Shown: positions 1 through 10,029, counted from the first letter of the stretch. The stretch is 64,000 nucleotides of DNA from an uncultured Alphaproteobacteria bacterium (GCA_902522015.1 CABYTX010000002.1:716-64715); one strand, 5' to 3'. Numbers and translations: made by a program. Notes: a model not told the origin generated them from the sequence alone.

Positions 1-1624
1 TTTTTGAAATTAAAGATTTACTTCTTTTAACTTGTACTAAATTATTTTTCATAGATTGAAATTCTAGTACTTGACCGGCAAATATGAATGAATCACCTTG
101 AGAAAGATTTTGAATAAAAATTTCTTCTATATTCCCTAACGTTTTCGTTCCTAGTTTTATTTTTAACATCGGATTTTCAATTATTGTTCCAACATTCATG
201 CGGTATTTTCGTGTTTCTCTTTTATTTACTAGCTTATAAATATTTTTATTTTCTCTCAGTTGGAAGATTCTCTTAAATTTATCATAATTTTTTAAAACAT
301 ATCCACCATCTTGTATGAGATTAATCAATTGTTTAAAATCATTAAGTTTTAATTTTTTGTATGGATATGCTTTGATAATTTCTTTGTAGAGATCATTAAT
401 ATCAAATTGCCCCGCACAAGCCGTTGCAAAAATATGTTGAGCTACAACATCAAAACTTCCTTCTTTTAAATCTATTTTATCTAAGTTATTTTTTTTTATT
501 TCTTCAATAGCAGCTTTTGCTTCAATAAATTCAAAACGATTAGTGGGTACTAAAATTGCTTTTGAAGGTGTATTTAAATTATGATTTGATCTTCCTACAC
601 GCTGTAATAATCTATTAATTCCTTTAGGTGCTCCAACTTGAATAATTTTTTCTACATCTCCATAATCTAATCCGAGTTCTAAAGAAGAGGTCGCAACAAC
701 ACAGTCAACTAATCCTTTGCTAAGATTATTTTCTACTTTTAAACGTAAGTTTTTTTCTAATGAACCATGGTGAACAGCAATTTTTAATTTTTTCTTGTTA
801 ATTAGCCATAAGTTTTTAAACATATATTCGGCTTGAGCCCTCGTATTAACAAAAATAATAGTTAATTTTGATTTCATTATTTCTTTGTAGATTTCGTTAA
901 TAGAATACGTAGCCATATGACCAGACCAAGGGATACGTTCTTTTGATTCTAGAATTTTAATCTTAGGTAAAACTGAATTTTCATAAAAAATTATTTTTGG
1001 TTTTTTGCGGCAAAGCCATTTTTTGGCATCTTGTTTATTCTTGAGAGTTGCTGACAAACCTATTCGTTGTAAATTTGGAGAGAAAGTTTGTAGTCTTTCA
1101 ATATTTAAACTTAGAAGATCAGCTCTCTTATTATCCAAAAAAGTGTGTATCTCGTCGATAATTATATATTTTAGATTGAAAAAAAATTCTTTCGCATTCT
1201 CATATGAATTTAATAATGCAAGTGACTCTGGAGTTGTAATCAGGATATTAGGAGGTTTTTGTTTTTGTTTTTGTTTTTTATATGGTGTTGTGTCCCCTGT
1301 TCTTACTTGAAATGAAATATTTAAATCAAGCTCTTTAATAGGTTTTTCTAAATTTCTCACAATATCGTTGGCAAGAGATTTTAATGGAGAAATATAGAGA
1401 GTATGAAGACCTTTAAATTTTTTTAATTTTATTAAATCATCTATTGGATTAATAAACCCTGTTAACGTTTTTCCAGCACCAGTAGGAGCAAATACAACAA
1501 CATCAGACCCAGTTCGAACATGATGAAAGGTTTCAATTTGATGAGGAAACCAGGACCATTTTTTTTTCTTCATCCACTTATTTAAGGGGTGTAATAATAA
1601 GGGATTCGATTTATTTATATTCAT
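1..1624 (-). CDS. Ligase-associated DEXH-box (Lhr-like) DNA helicase, N-terminal ~541 codons; the gene runs off the left edge of the window
   Basis: Absent from the ORF track because it is open at the window edge. I translated the reverse strand by hand from the ATG at 1624 down to about position 540 and found no stop. The translation reads MNINKSNPLLLHPLNKWMKKKKWSWFPHQIETF..VFAPTGAGKT (motif I)..IIIDEIH (DEXH)..LSATL (III)..HHGSL..ATSSLELGLD..QVGAPKGINRLLQRVGRSNH (VI). It lies beside the MBL exonuclease and ATP-dependent ligase pair. Confidence 0.8.
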   Translation of the reverse strand, partial: MNINKSNPLLLHPLNKWMKKKKWSWFPHQIETFHHVRTGSDVVVFAPTGAGKTLTGFINPIDDLIKLKKFKGLHTLYISPLKSLANDIVRNLEKPIKELDLNISFQVRTGDTTPYKKQKQKQKPPNILITTPESLALLNSYENAKEFFFNLKYIIIDEIHTFLDNKRADLLSLNIERLQTFSPNLQRIGLSATLKNKQDAKKWLCRKKPKIIFYENSVLPKIKILESKERIPWSGHMATYSINEIYKEIMKSKLTIIFVNTRAQAEYMFKNLWLINKKKLKIAVHHGSLEKNLRLKVENNLSKGLVDCVVATSSLELGLDYGDVEKIIQVGAPKGINRLLQRVGRSNHNLNTPSKAILVPTNRFEFIEAKAAIEEIKKNNLDKIDLKEGSFDVVAQHIFATACAGQFDINDLYKEIIKAYPYKKLKLNDFKQLINLIQDGGYVLKNYDKFKRIFQLRENKNIYKLVNKRETRKYRMNVGTIIENPMLKIKLGTKTLGNIEEIFIQNLSQGDSFIFAGQVLEFQSMKNNLVQVKRSKSLISK

Positions 1625-2614
1625 ATGGATTTCATTAACCATCAGCTATTTATCAAAGATATAAATGTACATATAGATCCAATATTGCCAAAAAAAACAG
1701 CAATTATTACACATGGTCACGCAGATCACGCCCGATTTGGACATGATCATGTTATTGCTACTAGGCAAACAATAGACATAATGAAAATTCGCTACGGAGA
1801 TAAATGTGCGAAGAAATTTACTCCTCTTAGATACGGACAAAAATACTCAATTAAAAACTATGATTTTACACTTCACCCTGCCGGACATATTTTAGGGAGT
1901 GCTCAAGTTTTAATTGAAAAAAATAATCACCGTTTAGTCATCACAGGTGATTATAAAGTAGGAAAAGATGAAACATGTAAAAATTTTAAACTGGTTAAAT
2001 GTGATACTTTAATTACTGAAGCAACATTTGGCTTACCTATATTTCAACACCCAGATCCCAAAGATGAAATTCAAAAACTCATACGATCTATAAAGATAAA
2101 TAAAAATAATTGTCATATTGTTGGTGCGTATGCTCTTGGCAAAGCGCAAAGAGTAATGAATCTTTTACGCCAGCAGAAATATAATGAGACAATTTATATT
2201 CATGGCTCTCTAGAAAAGTTATGCCAATATTATTCAAAGGAAAAAATTAATATTGGAAAGTTTGAAAAAGTCTCTTCAAAGGATAAAAGCTTTTATGAGG
2301 GTAAAATAATTATTGCCCCTCCTTCAGCATTAAAGGATCGTTGGTCAAGACGATTTCCTAATCCTATTATTTGCATGGCAAGTGGATGGATGACAGTTAA
2401 GCAAAGAGCAAAACAACAAGGTATTGAATTACCGTTAGTTATTAGTGATCATAGCGATTGGAATGAATTATTAGATACTATTAAAAAATCAAAAGCAAAA
2501 AATATTCTTATTACGCATGGTCAGGAAGATGCATTAGTTTATTATTGTAAGAAACAAAATCTTGTTTCAAAGCCTCTTTCCATCCAAGGAAGAGGTGATG
2601 AGGAAATAGAATGA
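1625..2614 (+). CDS. Ligase-associated DNA damage response exonuclease (metallo-beta-lactamase / beta-CASP fold)
   Basis: 329-aa ORF with the MBL signature ITHGHADHA near the N-terminus. The C-terminal half carries ISDHSD and ITHG motifs. Its stop overlaps the ligase ATG (ATGA, 2611-2614). Confidence 0.8.
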   Translation: MDFINHQLFIKDINVHIDPILPKKTAIITHGHADHARFGHDHVIATRQTIDIMKIRYGDKCAKKFTPLRYGQKYSIKNYDFTLHPAGHILGSAQVLIEKNNHRLVITGDYKVGKDETCKNFKLVKCDTLITEATFGLPIFQHPDPKDEIQKLIRSIKINKNNCHIVGAYALGKAQRVMNLLRQQKYNETIYIHGSLEKLCQYYSKEKINIGKFEKVSSKDKSFYEGKIIIAPPSALKDRWSRRFPNPIICMASGWMTVKQRAKQQGIELPLVISDHSDWNELLDTIKKSKAKNILITHGQEDALVYYCKKQNLVSKPLSIQGRGDEEIE

Positions 2615-4179
2615 AAAAATTTTCTTCCTTACTTCACAATTTGATTTTAACACCAAGTCGAAATACTAAAATTAAATTACTTCAAGATTATTTTAAAACA
2701 CTTGATATCAACCGTGCATATGCGCTTGCAATTTTATCTGACCAACTTTCATTTCAATTTATTAAAGCATCTAAACTCAGAGAACTTGTCTATGGACAAG
2801 TAGATCAACATTTATTTGATTACTCATATGACTATGTTGGAGATTTAGCAGAAACAATATCATTAATTTGGCCAACAAATAAAGAGGGTAAATCACAAAA
2901 TTTATCTACCCTAATAGAAAATATAAAAAAAATTAAAAAGTCCGAAATTAATACAGAGTTTAGTAAAGTTTTGAGCGAACTATCTAATAACGAAAGGTGG
3001 ACTTTAATTAAAATTTGCACGGGTGGATTACGAATTGGAGTCTCAGAAAGATTAGTCAAAACGGCCTTAGCTGATCTGTATAATAAATCTGTAAATGAGA
3101 TTGAGGAAATTTGGCATGGTCTAGAATTTCCATATGAAAATTTATTTCAATGGTTAAAAAATGAAACATCAAAACCAAAAATAGATTTTAAAAAATTATT
3201 TCATCCTATGATGCTTGCTAATCCTATTGATGAAGAAAAAGATTTTAAAAGATTAGACGCGAATGAATTTCAAGCAGAATATAAATGGGATGGAATAAGA
3301 GTTCAGCTTATGGTTTCATCAAACAGTGTTTCGCTATACTCAAGAACAGGTGATAATATATCATCAGCATTTCCAGAAATAATTGAAACTACTAAAGGTG
3401 ATGCTGTTATTGACGGAGAATTACTTGTGGGTGGAAATTTTAAGCCCTCTGGTTTTAATGATCTACAACAAAGATTAAATAGAAAAAAAGCCTCAAAAGA
3501 CCTTCAAAAAAAGTTTCCTGTTTTCATACGAGCTTATGATATCCTTTTTTATAAAGGAAAAGATTTAAGAAAATTATCTCTCGTTGAAAGAAGAAAATAT
3601 TTAGAAAAATTTCAAAAAGAAAATACAACTAATCAAATTGATTTATCTACCATCATTAATTTTTCAACATGGGAAGAATTAACTAAATATAAAAATAATT
3701 TTTATGATGATTTAAATGAAGGTGTAATGATTAAACTTAAAAATAGTGAATATTTACCAGGAAGAAAAAAGGGGTATTGGTACAAATGGAAAAAAAATCC
3801 AAAACTAGTTGATGCTATTTTAATGTATGCTCAAAGAGGACATGGCAAAAGATCATCATATTATTCAGATTTTACGTTTGGTGTTTGGAAAGAAAATGAA
3901 TTAGTTCCTATAGGAAAAGCCTATTCCGGTTACACAGATAAAGAACTATTAGTTTTAGATAAATTTATTAGAAATAATACTACCAATAAATTTGGTCCTG
4001 TAAGAGAAGTAAAAAAAGAAATTATTTTAGAAGTAGCCTTTGACGATGTATTCCCCAGCACTAGACATAAATCAGGTGTCGCTATGCGTTTTCCTCGAAT
4101 TCATAGAATTAGGTGGGACAAGCCAATAAATGAAGTGCTTTCAATTAAAGAATTTAAGAAAGAATTTAAAATAGATTAA
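2611..4179 (+). CDS. ATP-dependent DNA ligase
   Basis: 522 aa. Adenylation motif I is EYKWDGIR (KxDG). Further nucleotidyltransferase motifs are DGELLV, FIRAYDIL, EGVMIKLK and WYKWKK. Translationally coupled to the upstream exonuclease. Confidence 0.9.
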   Translation: MKKFSSLLHNLILTPSRNTKIKLLQDYFKTLDINRAYALAILSDQLSFQFIKASKLRELVYGQVDQHLFDYSYDYVGDLAETISLIWPTNKEGKSQNLSTLIENIKKIKKSEINTEFSKVLSELSNNERWTLIKICTGGLRIGVSERLVKTALADLYNKSVNEIEEIWHGLEFPYENLFQWLKNETSKPKIDFKKLFHPMMLANPIDEEKDFKRLDANEFQAEYKWDGIRVQLMVSSNSVSLYSRTGDNISSAFPEIIETTKGDAVIDGELLVGGNFKPSGFNDLQQRLNRKKASKDLQKKFPVFIRAYDILFYKGKDLRKLSLVERRKYLEKFQKENTTNQIDLSTIINFSTWEELTKYKNNFYDDLNEGVMIKLKNSEYLPGRKKGYWYKWKKNPKLVDAILMYAQRGHGKRSSYYSDFTFGVWKENELVPIGKAYSGYTDKELLVLDKFIRNNTTNKFGPVREVKKEIILEVAFDDVFPSTRHKSGVAMRFPRIHRIRWDKPINEVLSIKEFKKEFKID

Positions 4180-5002
4180 CCAAATTATTTTCACTTAGAT
4201 GCGTCCATAGATTTGAAAAACTTTGTTGAAATTTTTTTTGTGCATTTATAGCATGCTCTTTTTTTTCAAATACACTGTAAATACAAGAACCACTCCCAGT
4301 TAATCTTGAAAATATAACATCATCAAAATCCTCCAAGAAATTTATGATTGATAAAAATTCAGGTTCATTTTTTTTAAGAATTTTTTCAAAATCATTTCCA
4401 GAATCTTGATCATTTATTTCTTCTAAATCAAATTCAGCATTATAATCAAAATCTGAAGGTTGAAATGAATCATACATTTTTTTTGTCGAACATTTGAAAG
4501 ACGGTCTAATTAGTAAGAAATAATATTTTGGAAAATGAACATTAGCAATTAAATCCCCCCTACCTCTAACTAGAGCATCTTTTTGATTCAAGAAAATGGG
4601 GATATCTGAACCGAGATCAACATAATCAAATATATTTTTCTTTTTTATTATCTCAAGATTTTCTAAAATTTTTATAACACTTGCAACATTAGAGGAAGCA
4701 GAACCTAAACCAGCTTCATAAGGAAAGTTTTTTGATATAGTAAAAAGAAGTTTAGGTTTATCTTCATTTATATATGTAAATAATTTATCAATAATGCAAT
4801 CCTCAAATAAATTATTTTTTGGAGCAAAATTACCTGTATAGATTACTTTAAATTTGCTGTGAGGTTGAACAGTTATCTCATCAAAAAGATCAATGAATGT
4901 TATTCCAGTACGAATATTATGAAAACCATCATCTCTTCTATTTATAATTTTTAAAAATAAATTAATTTTGGCAGGCGATTTTTCAATTATTTTATCCGGC
5001 AT
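4166..5002 (-). CDS. ispE: 4-diphosphocytidyl-2-C-methyl-D-erythritol kinase
   Basis: 278 aa with the N-terminal PAKINLFLKI and the GHMP-kinase motif PYEAGLGSASSNVA. The 3' end overlaps the convergent ligase gene by 14 nt. Confidence 0.9.
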   Translation of the reverse strand: MPDKIIEKSPAKINLFLKIINRRDDGFHNIRTGITFIDLFDEITVQPHSKFKVIYTGNFAPKNNLFEDCIIDKLFTYINEDKPKLLFTISKNFPYEAGLGSASSNVASVIKILENLEIIKKKNIFDYVDLGSDIPIFLNQKDALVRGRGDLIANVHFPKYYFLLIRPSFKCSTKKMYDSFQPSDFDYNAEFDLEEINDQDSGNDFEKILKKNEPEFLSIINFLEDFDDVIFSRLTGSGSCIYSVFEKKEHAINAQKKFQQSFSNLWTHLSENNLVNLF

Positions 5003-6302
5003 TAATATTATCTAATTTGCTTTGAACATCTTCAGTTATTTCATCTTCTGGCTCAGCCAACTCTAAAGCTTGTTGCCAAAAATGAATTGCTTCTCTTTTT
5101 CTATTCATAGCATAATAAATATCACCAAGATGGTCTAGAGATATTGCTTCACCCGGCGCAATATCTATTACCTTTTCCATTAACCTTGCTGCTTCTGAAA
5201 GATTATTTTTTTTAAAATGAGCCCACGCTAAACTATCTATAATATAAAAACTATCTGGGTTAGCTTTGTAAGCCTCCTCTAACATTTTCAAAGAACGGTC
5301 TAATTTAATATTTCTTTCAACCCAACCGTATGCAAGATAATTTAAAACATTTGGTGTTCCGGGTTTAATCTCTAAGGATCGTAAAAAATCTTTTTCAGCT
5401 AAGTCCCATTCATCTTTTTGTTCATAGCAAATACCTCTCATATAAAAAATATTCCAGAGATCATCCTGGTTTTCTTTGATCATTTCATCATAAACATCTA
5501 AAGCTAAATCATACTTTTTATTGTAACGATAAAAATCACCTAAAGTTTTTTTAAGAGAATAATTGTTATTATTATTTTCAACTAATGATTTAATTTTAGT
5601 TTCAGCTTCCTCATAGGTATTATTGAATAAGTAATGTCTAGCAAGACTATTCTGAGCATCTAAATAATAAATACTTTCTTTATCTATCTTCGCATATATA
5701 TCTGATGCAACCTTATCTTGTCCAACTTGCGAAAATAACTCTGCTTTAATAATCATTGCTCTGTCGTTTTTTGGATCAAGTATTTTTGCGAGCGAGGTAT
5801 AAAATAATAAAAAATTATAATTTAAACGACTTTGTTCATTATTTGAATATGAGGATGATACCAATTCAACTAGAGCATTACTTATAGTACTATTATTTTT
5901 AAGTCTGTTATCAGCAAAAAAAATGAAGTCTAATAATTCACTTGGTTGCAGCATATTATCCCTTAATTCGATGATGTCTTTAAATTTTTTATCTTTGTAA
6001 AGAGATGTGGTTTTTATAATTAACGCTTCTGGGTTATTTTTGTTTTCACTTAAGATTTTATCAGCAATTTTTAAAGCTAAAACTAGATCCTCTGTAATTA
6101 TTGCAGCAATAGCTTTATCTAAAAGACTGTCTTGAGATAGGGTGACTTTATCCATATTAAATTTAAATAAAGTGGAACTATAATCATAATTATTAAAGGC
6201 AGATTGTGAGATTAAAAAAGATGAACTAGTTAAAGCTAAAGCTCCAGAATTAACAACCAGAAAAATTAAGATAAATTGTAGTATTTTAATTAAATTAACC
6301 AT
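4992..6302 (-). CDS. Tetratricopeptide-repeat protein with N-terminal signal/anchor
   Basis: 436 aa with a hydrophobic N-terminus and repeated TPR-like helices (e.g. GDIYYAMNRKREAIHFWQQALEL, WDLAEKDFLRSLEIKP). Overlaps the ispE start by 11 nt, and a TPR gene is a common alphaproteobacterial neighbour of ispE. Confidence 0.75.
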   Translation of the reverse strand: MVNLIKILQFILIFLVVNSGALALTSSSFLISQSAFNNYDYSSTLFKFNMDKVTLSQDSLLDKAIAAIITEDLVLALKIADKILSENKNNPEALIIKTTSLYKDKKFKDIIELRDNMLQPSELLDFIFFADNRLKNNSTISNALVELVSSSYSNNEQSRLNYNFLLFYTSLAKILDPKNDRAMIIKAELFSQVGQDKVASDIYAKIDKESIYYLDAQNSLARHYLFNNTYEEAETKIKSLVENNNNNYSLKKTLGDFYRYNKKYDLALDVYDEMIKENQDDLWNIFYMRGICYEQKDEWDLAEKDFLRSLEIKPGTPNVLNYLAYGWVERNIKLDRSLKMLEEAYKANPDSFYIIDSLAWAHFKKNNLSEAARLMEKVIDIAPGEAISLDHLGDIYYAMNRKREAIHFWQQALELAEPEDEITEDVQSKLDNINAG

Positions 6303-6349
6303 TTCAAATATCGTATAGTTACACTATGAATAGATAATTGTAATTTTAC

Positions 6350-7054
6350 ATGAATCAATCAAATAAAAAAAATTTAGAATTTATTATTAATTCTGGGGTA
6401 AATTATTTTCTTCAGGATTCTCCTAGAAACTGGTTTGAAAATGAAAAAAAATTAGAACAGCCTAGTTTCGACAAGGATACTGGGGATAAAAAATCTAAAA
6501 TTGATGATGTTATTGAAGATCTTAAAAATCATAAATCTCCTCTTCAAAAAACAGCAAAAAATTTAGTAGTTTATGATGGTAACTTAAATGCAAAAGTAAT
6601 GTTAATAGGTGAGGCACCAGGTAGGGATGAGGATGAACAAGGAATTCCATTCGTTGGAAGAGCTGGACAGCTATTAAATAAAATGCTTTTGGCCATTAAT
6701 TTACAAAGAGAAGACGTTTATATTACTAATGTAGTTAATTGGCGTCCAGCCGAAAATAGAACGCCTAATGACGATGAAATTTTAGAATTTTTACCGTTTT
6801 TGCAAAGACAAATTGATATCATTAAACCTAGATTTATCTTCCTATTAGGTGGTGTCGCAGCAAAAGCCATTTTATCAACCCCTCTTGCACTTGGAAAACT
6901 CAGAGGCAAATGGCATGAATACAAATCACTCAATTTAGAAAAAGGTATTCCTACAATAGCTTCTTATCATCCAGCTTTTTTACTTCGATCTCCTCAATAT
7001 AAAAAACATTCTTGGGAAGATTTACAAATGTTACAAGAAAAATTAAAGAAATGA
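6350..7054 (+). CDS. Uracil-DNA glycosylase, family 4
   Basis: 234 aa with the family-4 UDG motif GEAPGRDEDEQGIPFVGRAGQLL and the C-terminal SYHPAFLLR. Confidence 0.85.
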   Translation: MNQSNKKNLEFIINSGVNYFLQDSPRNWFENEKKLEQPSFDKDTGDKKSKIDDVIEDLKNHKSPLQKTAKNLVVYDGNLNAKVMLIGEAPGRDEDEQGIPFVGRAGQLLNKMLLAINLQREDVYITNVVNWRPAENRTPNDDEILEFLPFLQRQIDIIKPRFIFLLGGVAAKAILSTPLALGKLRGKWHEYKSLNLEKGIPTIASYHPAFLLRSPQYKKHSWEDLQMLQEKLKK

Positions 7055-8796
7055 ATCATAAAAAATTTTCTATTATTTGTTTTTTTATATTCTTCGTATT
7101 TTTTTCGAAACAAATCTATGCATACCAACAAGATATAGTCATCAAATATGATAATATTTTCTCAACAAAAGTTCTTACTGAAGAAGATGTATATAATTAT
7201 CAACAAGCTTATAAATTTCAGGAAAAGTGCAAATGGAAAAGTGCAAATAATTTTATTTTAAAAATAAAAAATAAATCTTTGCTTGGTCATATTTATGCGC
7301 AGAAATTTTTACATCCTAATTGTTATCGATCAAAGTATTTAGAATTATATTATTGGCTTAAAAAATATAATGATCACCCTCAAGCAAAACAAATTTATAA
7401 ATTGGCTATTCGAAGAATGCCAGCAGGTTATAAAAGTCCAACTAAACCTAGCGCTCCAATTGGTATAGAATCAGAACAAGTAAAAAGTAAAAAAACTAGT
7501 AAATATAAAAGCTCAAAGAAACTATCCAACAATCAGAGGGCTGAAAAAAGAAAATTAATTAATGGTATCAAATCAAGAGTGAATAAAGGTTGGCCAACGG
7601 GAGCAGTACAACTATTAAGTCAAAGAGATGTAGATCTATTACTAGATCAAGTTGAGATAGATCAACAAAAAGAATTAATAGCGAAAGGATATTTCTTAGC
7701 AAATAAAAATGACTTAGCAATTCAATATGCTTCTGAAGCTCTTGTTAATTCAGCTAAATATGTTCCTTATGCAGCTTGGACTGCTGGTCTATGTTCTTGG
7801 AGATTAGAAAAATATGAAGATGCTGCAAAATATTTTTCTCTCTTTTCAATTAGTTTAAAAGATGATGCGTGGCATCAAACATCAGGTAGTTTTTGGACAG
7901 CTAGATCATATGCAAAACTTGGTCGCTATGATGATATTAATTTTTGGTTAAAAAGAGCATCAAATAATCCAAATAGTTTTTATGGAATGCTTGCACTAGA
8001 AATTTTAGGAGTTGATAAAAAAATTGAATGGGTAGAGCATACTGATCTTAATAAAAACAATAGTACTATTTTAAATATACCAGCAGGAAAAAGAATACAA
8101 ACACTGATACAAGTTGGATTTGCCGATGAATTAGAAAAGGAAATTGTTCATATCAATTCTATTTTAAATAAAGAAATAGCAAAGGAATCTATTCAAATTG
8201 CTGAAAATTTTGATCTTGCCTATACTCAATTGAAAATTGTAAATAAGCTAGAAAATTTTGGTATGGATGTCCCAACCTATCTCTACTACCCTACTAGTGT
8301 GTGGAAGCCTCGAGATGGTTTCAAATTAGAAAAAGAATTACTCCATGCGTTCATGCATCAAGAATCGATGTTTAACATAAAGGCAAAAAGTAAAGACGGT
8401 GCTATAGGTTTAATGCAAGTATTACCTTCGACGGCAAAATTTATTACAACAAGTAAAGACGTAAAAAGAAGCAACAGTAATATTCTTAAAAATCCCGAAA
8501 TAAATTTAGAGGTTGGACAAGAATACTTAACGTATCTTCTTGATCTAGAGCAAGTTTCAAGAAATCTTATATTTCTCGCAGCAGCTTATAATGGTGGTCC
8601 CGGAAATTTACAAAAATGGAAAAATGAAACAAATTATATGGAAGACTCACTCTTTTTTATGGAAAGTATTCCTTCAAGAGAAACAAGGTGGTTTATAGAA
8701 AAAATCTTAACAAAATATTGGATTTACCAAAATAAAAATAATAAAGAAATGCATTCCCTAAAAATGCTAGCAAATGGAAATGATCCACTTTATTAA
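7051..8796 (+). CDS. slt: Soluble lytic murein transglycosylase (Slt70-like)
   Basis: Transglycosylase SLT-domain motifs ESMFNIKAKSKDGAIGLMQV and AAYNGGPGN. I prefer the ATG at 7051 (MNHKKFSIICFFIFFVFFSKQIYA, signal-peptide-like), which forms an ATGA overlap with the UDG stop. The track start at 7012 lies inside the UDG gene. Confidence 0.8.
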   Translation: MNHKKFSIICFFIFFVFFSKQIYAYQQDIVIKYDNIFSTKVLTEEDVYNYQQAYKFQEKCKWKSANNFILKIKNKSLLGHIYAQKFLHPNCYRSKYLELYYWLKKYNDHPQAKQIYKLAIRRMPAGYKSPTKPSAPIGIESEQVKSKKTSKYKSSKKLSNNQRAEKRKLINGIKSRVNKGWPTGAVQLLSQRDVDLLLDQVEIDQQKELIAKGYFLANKNDLAIQYASEALVNSAKYVPYAAWTAGLCSWRLEKYEDAAKYFSLFSISLKDDAWHQTSGSFWTARSYAKLGRYDDINFWLKRASNNPNSFYGMLALEILGVDKKIEWVEHTDLNKNNSTILNIPAGKRIQTLIQVGFADELEKEIVHINSILNKEIAKESIQIAENFDLAYTQLKIVNKLENFGMDVPTYLYYPTSVWKPRDGFKLEKELLHAFMHQESMFNIKAKSKDGAIGLMQVLPSTAKFITTSKDVKRSNSNILKNPEINLEVGQEYLTYLLDLEQVSRNLIFLAAAYNGGPGNLQKWKNETNYMEDSLFFMESIPSRETRWFIEKILTKYWIYQNKNNKEMHSLKMLANGNDPLY

Positions 8797-8802
8797 TAGG
8801 TT

Positions 8803-9330
8803 ATGCCAATTGATACTTCTCTAGATTTTGTTCCTATTAATATTGCTGTAATTACCATCTCAGATTCAAGAACTAAAGAGAATGATACATCTGGTGATAC
8901 ATTGGAAAAACGTATTACTAATGCTGGTCATACAATGATTAAACGTACAATTATCGCAGATGATGTTTCTCAAATAAAAGATACCTTAGATACAATGTCA
9001 AAAGAAGAAGACATTGATTGCATTATTACAACTGGTGGGACTGGGCTAACAGGAAGAGATACAACACCAGAAGCTGTAAATGCTATTGCTAGTAAACATA
9101 TTGATGGATTTGGTGAATTATTTCGCCAAGTTAGTTTTGAAAAAATTGGTACATCAGCAATTCAATCACGTGCAGTTGCGGCCTTAATAAATAGTACATA
9201 TGTTTTTTGTTTACCTGGATCAACAGGTGCATGCAAAGATGGCTGGGATAAAATTTTACAATATCAATTAGACATTAGACATAAACCCTGTAATTTTGTT
9301 GAAATCATGCCAAGATTAAATGAAAAATAG
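8803..9330 (+). CDS. moaB: Molybdenum cofactor biosynthesis protein B (MoaB/MogA family)
   Basis: 175 aa with ITISDSR, DTSGD, TTGGTGLTGRDTTPEA, GFGELFR, QSRA, LPGSTGAC and PCNF. All are in MoaB order. Confidence 0.8.
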   Translation: MPIDTSLDFVPINIAVITISDSRTKENDTSGDTLEKRITNAGHTMIKRTIIADDVSQIKDTLDTMSKEEDIDCIITTGGTGLTGRDTTPEAVNAIASKHIDGFGELFRQVSFEKIGTSAIQSRAVAALINSTYVFCLPGSTGACKDGWDKILQYQLDIRHKPCNFVEIMPRLNEK

Positions 9331-9944
9331 TGACTGATTTTTCTATAGAGAAATCAATTAATGGACCTGTAATTGGTTTAGATGAAGTAGGTAGAGGTCC
9401 ATTGGCAGGCCCAGTGGTGAGTTGTGGATGTTATTTTCCTAATTATGATGATTTAGAATCAGAAATACCTATTACTGACTCAAAGAAACATACAGCAAAA
9501 CAAAGAGAAAAATTATTCTTATTTTTTAAAAAATTACAAAGAGAAAAAAAGCTTCAATATTACTTAGGGTATGCAAGCGTCGAAGAAATAGATGAAATTA
9601 ATATTTTGGAAGCAACAAAATTATCGATGAAAAGAGTGATAGAAAAATTTCATTTAGAAAATCCACATTTTATTATCGATGGAAACTTTTCATTAAATTA
9701 CCAAAATGAAAAATCTATAATAGGAGGAGATAAAATATCTTTATCGATTGCAAGTGCATCTATTATTGCAAAAGTTCACCGTGATCGACTGATGAGTATA
9801 CTTGATAGTAAGTTTACATTTTATGATTGGAAAAAAAATGCAGGCTATGGAACTAAAAAACATATTGATGCAATACACAAGCACGGTGTAACTCAGTTTC
9901 ACCGAAAATCATTTGAACCAATTAAATCGTTATTAAAAAAATAA
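9330..9944 (+). CDS. rnhB: Ribonuclease HII
   Basis: 204 aa with GLDEVGRGPLAGPVV (catalytic DE). GTG start overlaps the moaB stop by 1 nt. Confidence 0.9.
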   Translation: MTDFSIEKSINGPVIGLDEVGRGPLAGPVVSCGCYFPNYDDLESEIPITDSKKHTAKQREKLFLFFKKLQREKKLQYYLGYASVEEIDEINILEATKLSMKRVIEKFHLENPHFIIDGNFSLNYQNEKSIIGGDKISLSIASASIIAKVHRDRLMSILDSKFTFYDWKKNAGYGTKKHIDAIHKHGVTQFHRKSFEPIKSLLKK

Positions 9945-10029
9945 ATTACCCAAATTTATCCATGCAAAGAATGCATACCAAATATTATTTTATTATGCTT
10001 CAAAAAGATGCGACAAACACTAAATAGTA

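Noticed and set aside
1005-1310. 101-aa plus-strand ORF from the track
   Set aside because: It is low-complexity and lies antisense inside the well-supported helicase ORF, which spans helicase motif II and the region up to motif III. Almost certainly not coding.
7012-7050. Upstream extension of the slt ORF (track start at 7012), and similar extensions for the DUF721 gene (34877), purC (25767), the sugar-binding protein (61629) and guaB (22122)
   Set aside because: These extensions overlap the neighbouring gene or lack an RBS. The internal ATG codons give proper signal peptides or canonical N-termini and tidy ATGA-type junctions.
8803-9330. moaB as an orphan molybdenum-cofactor gene
   Set aside because: No other Moco genes are in the window, but this cannot be judged from 64 kb. 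Moco genes are often dispersed.
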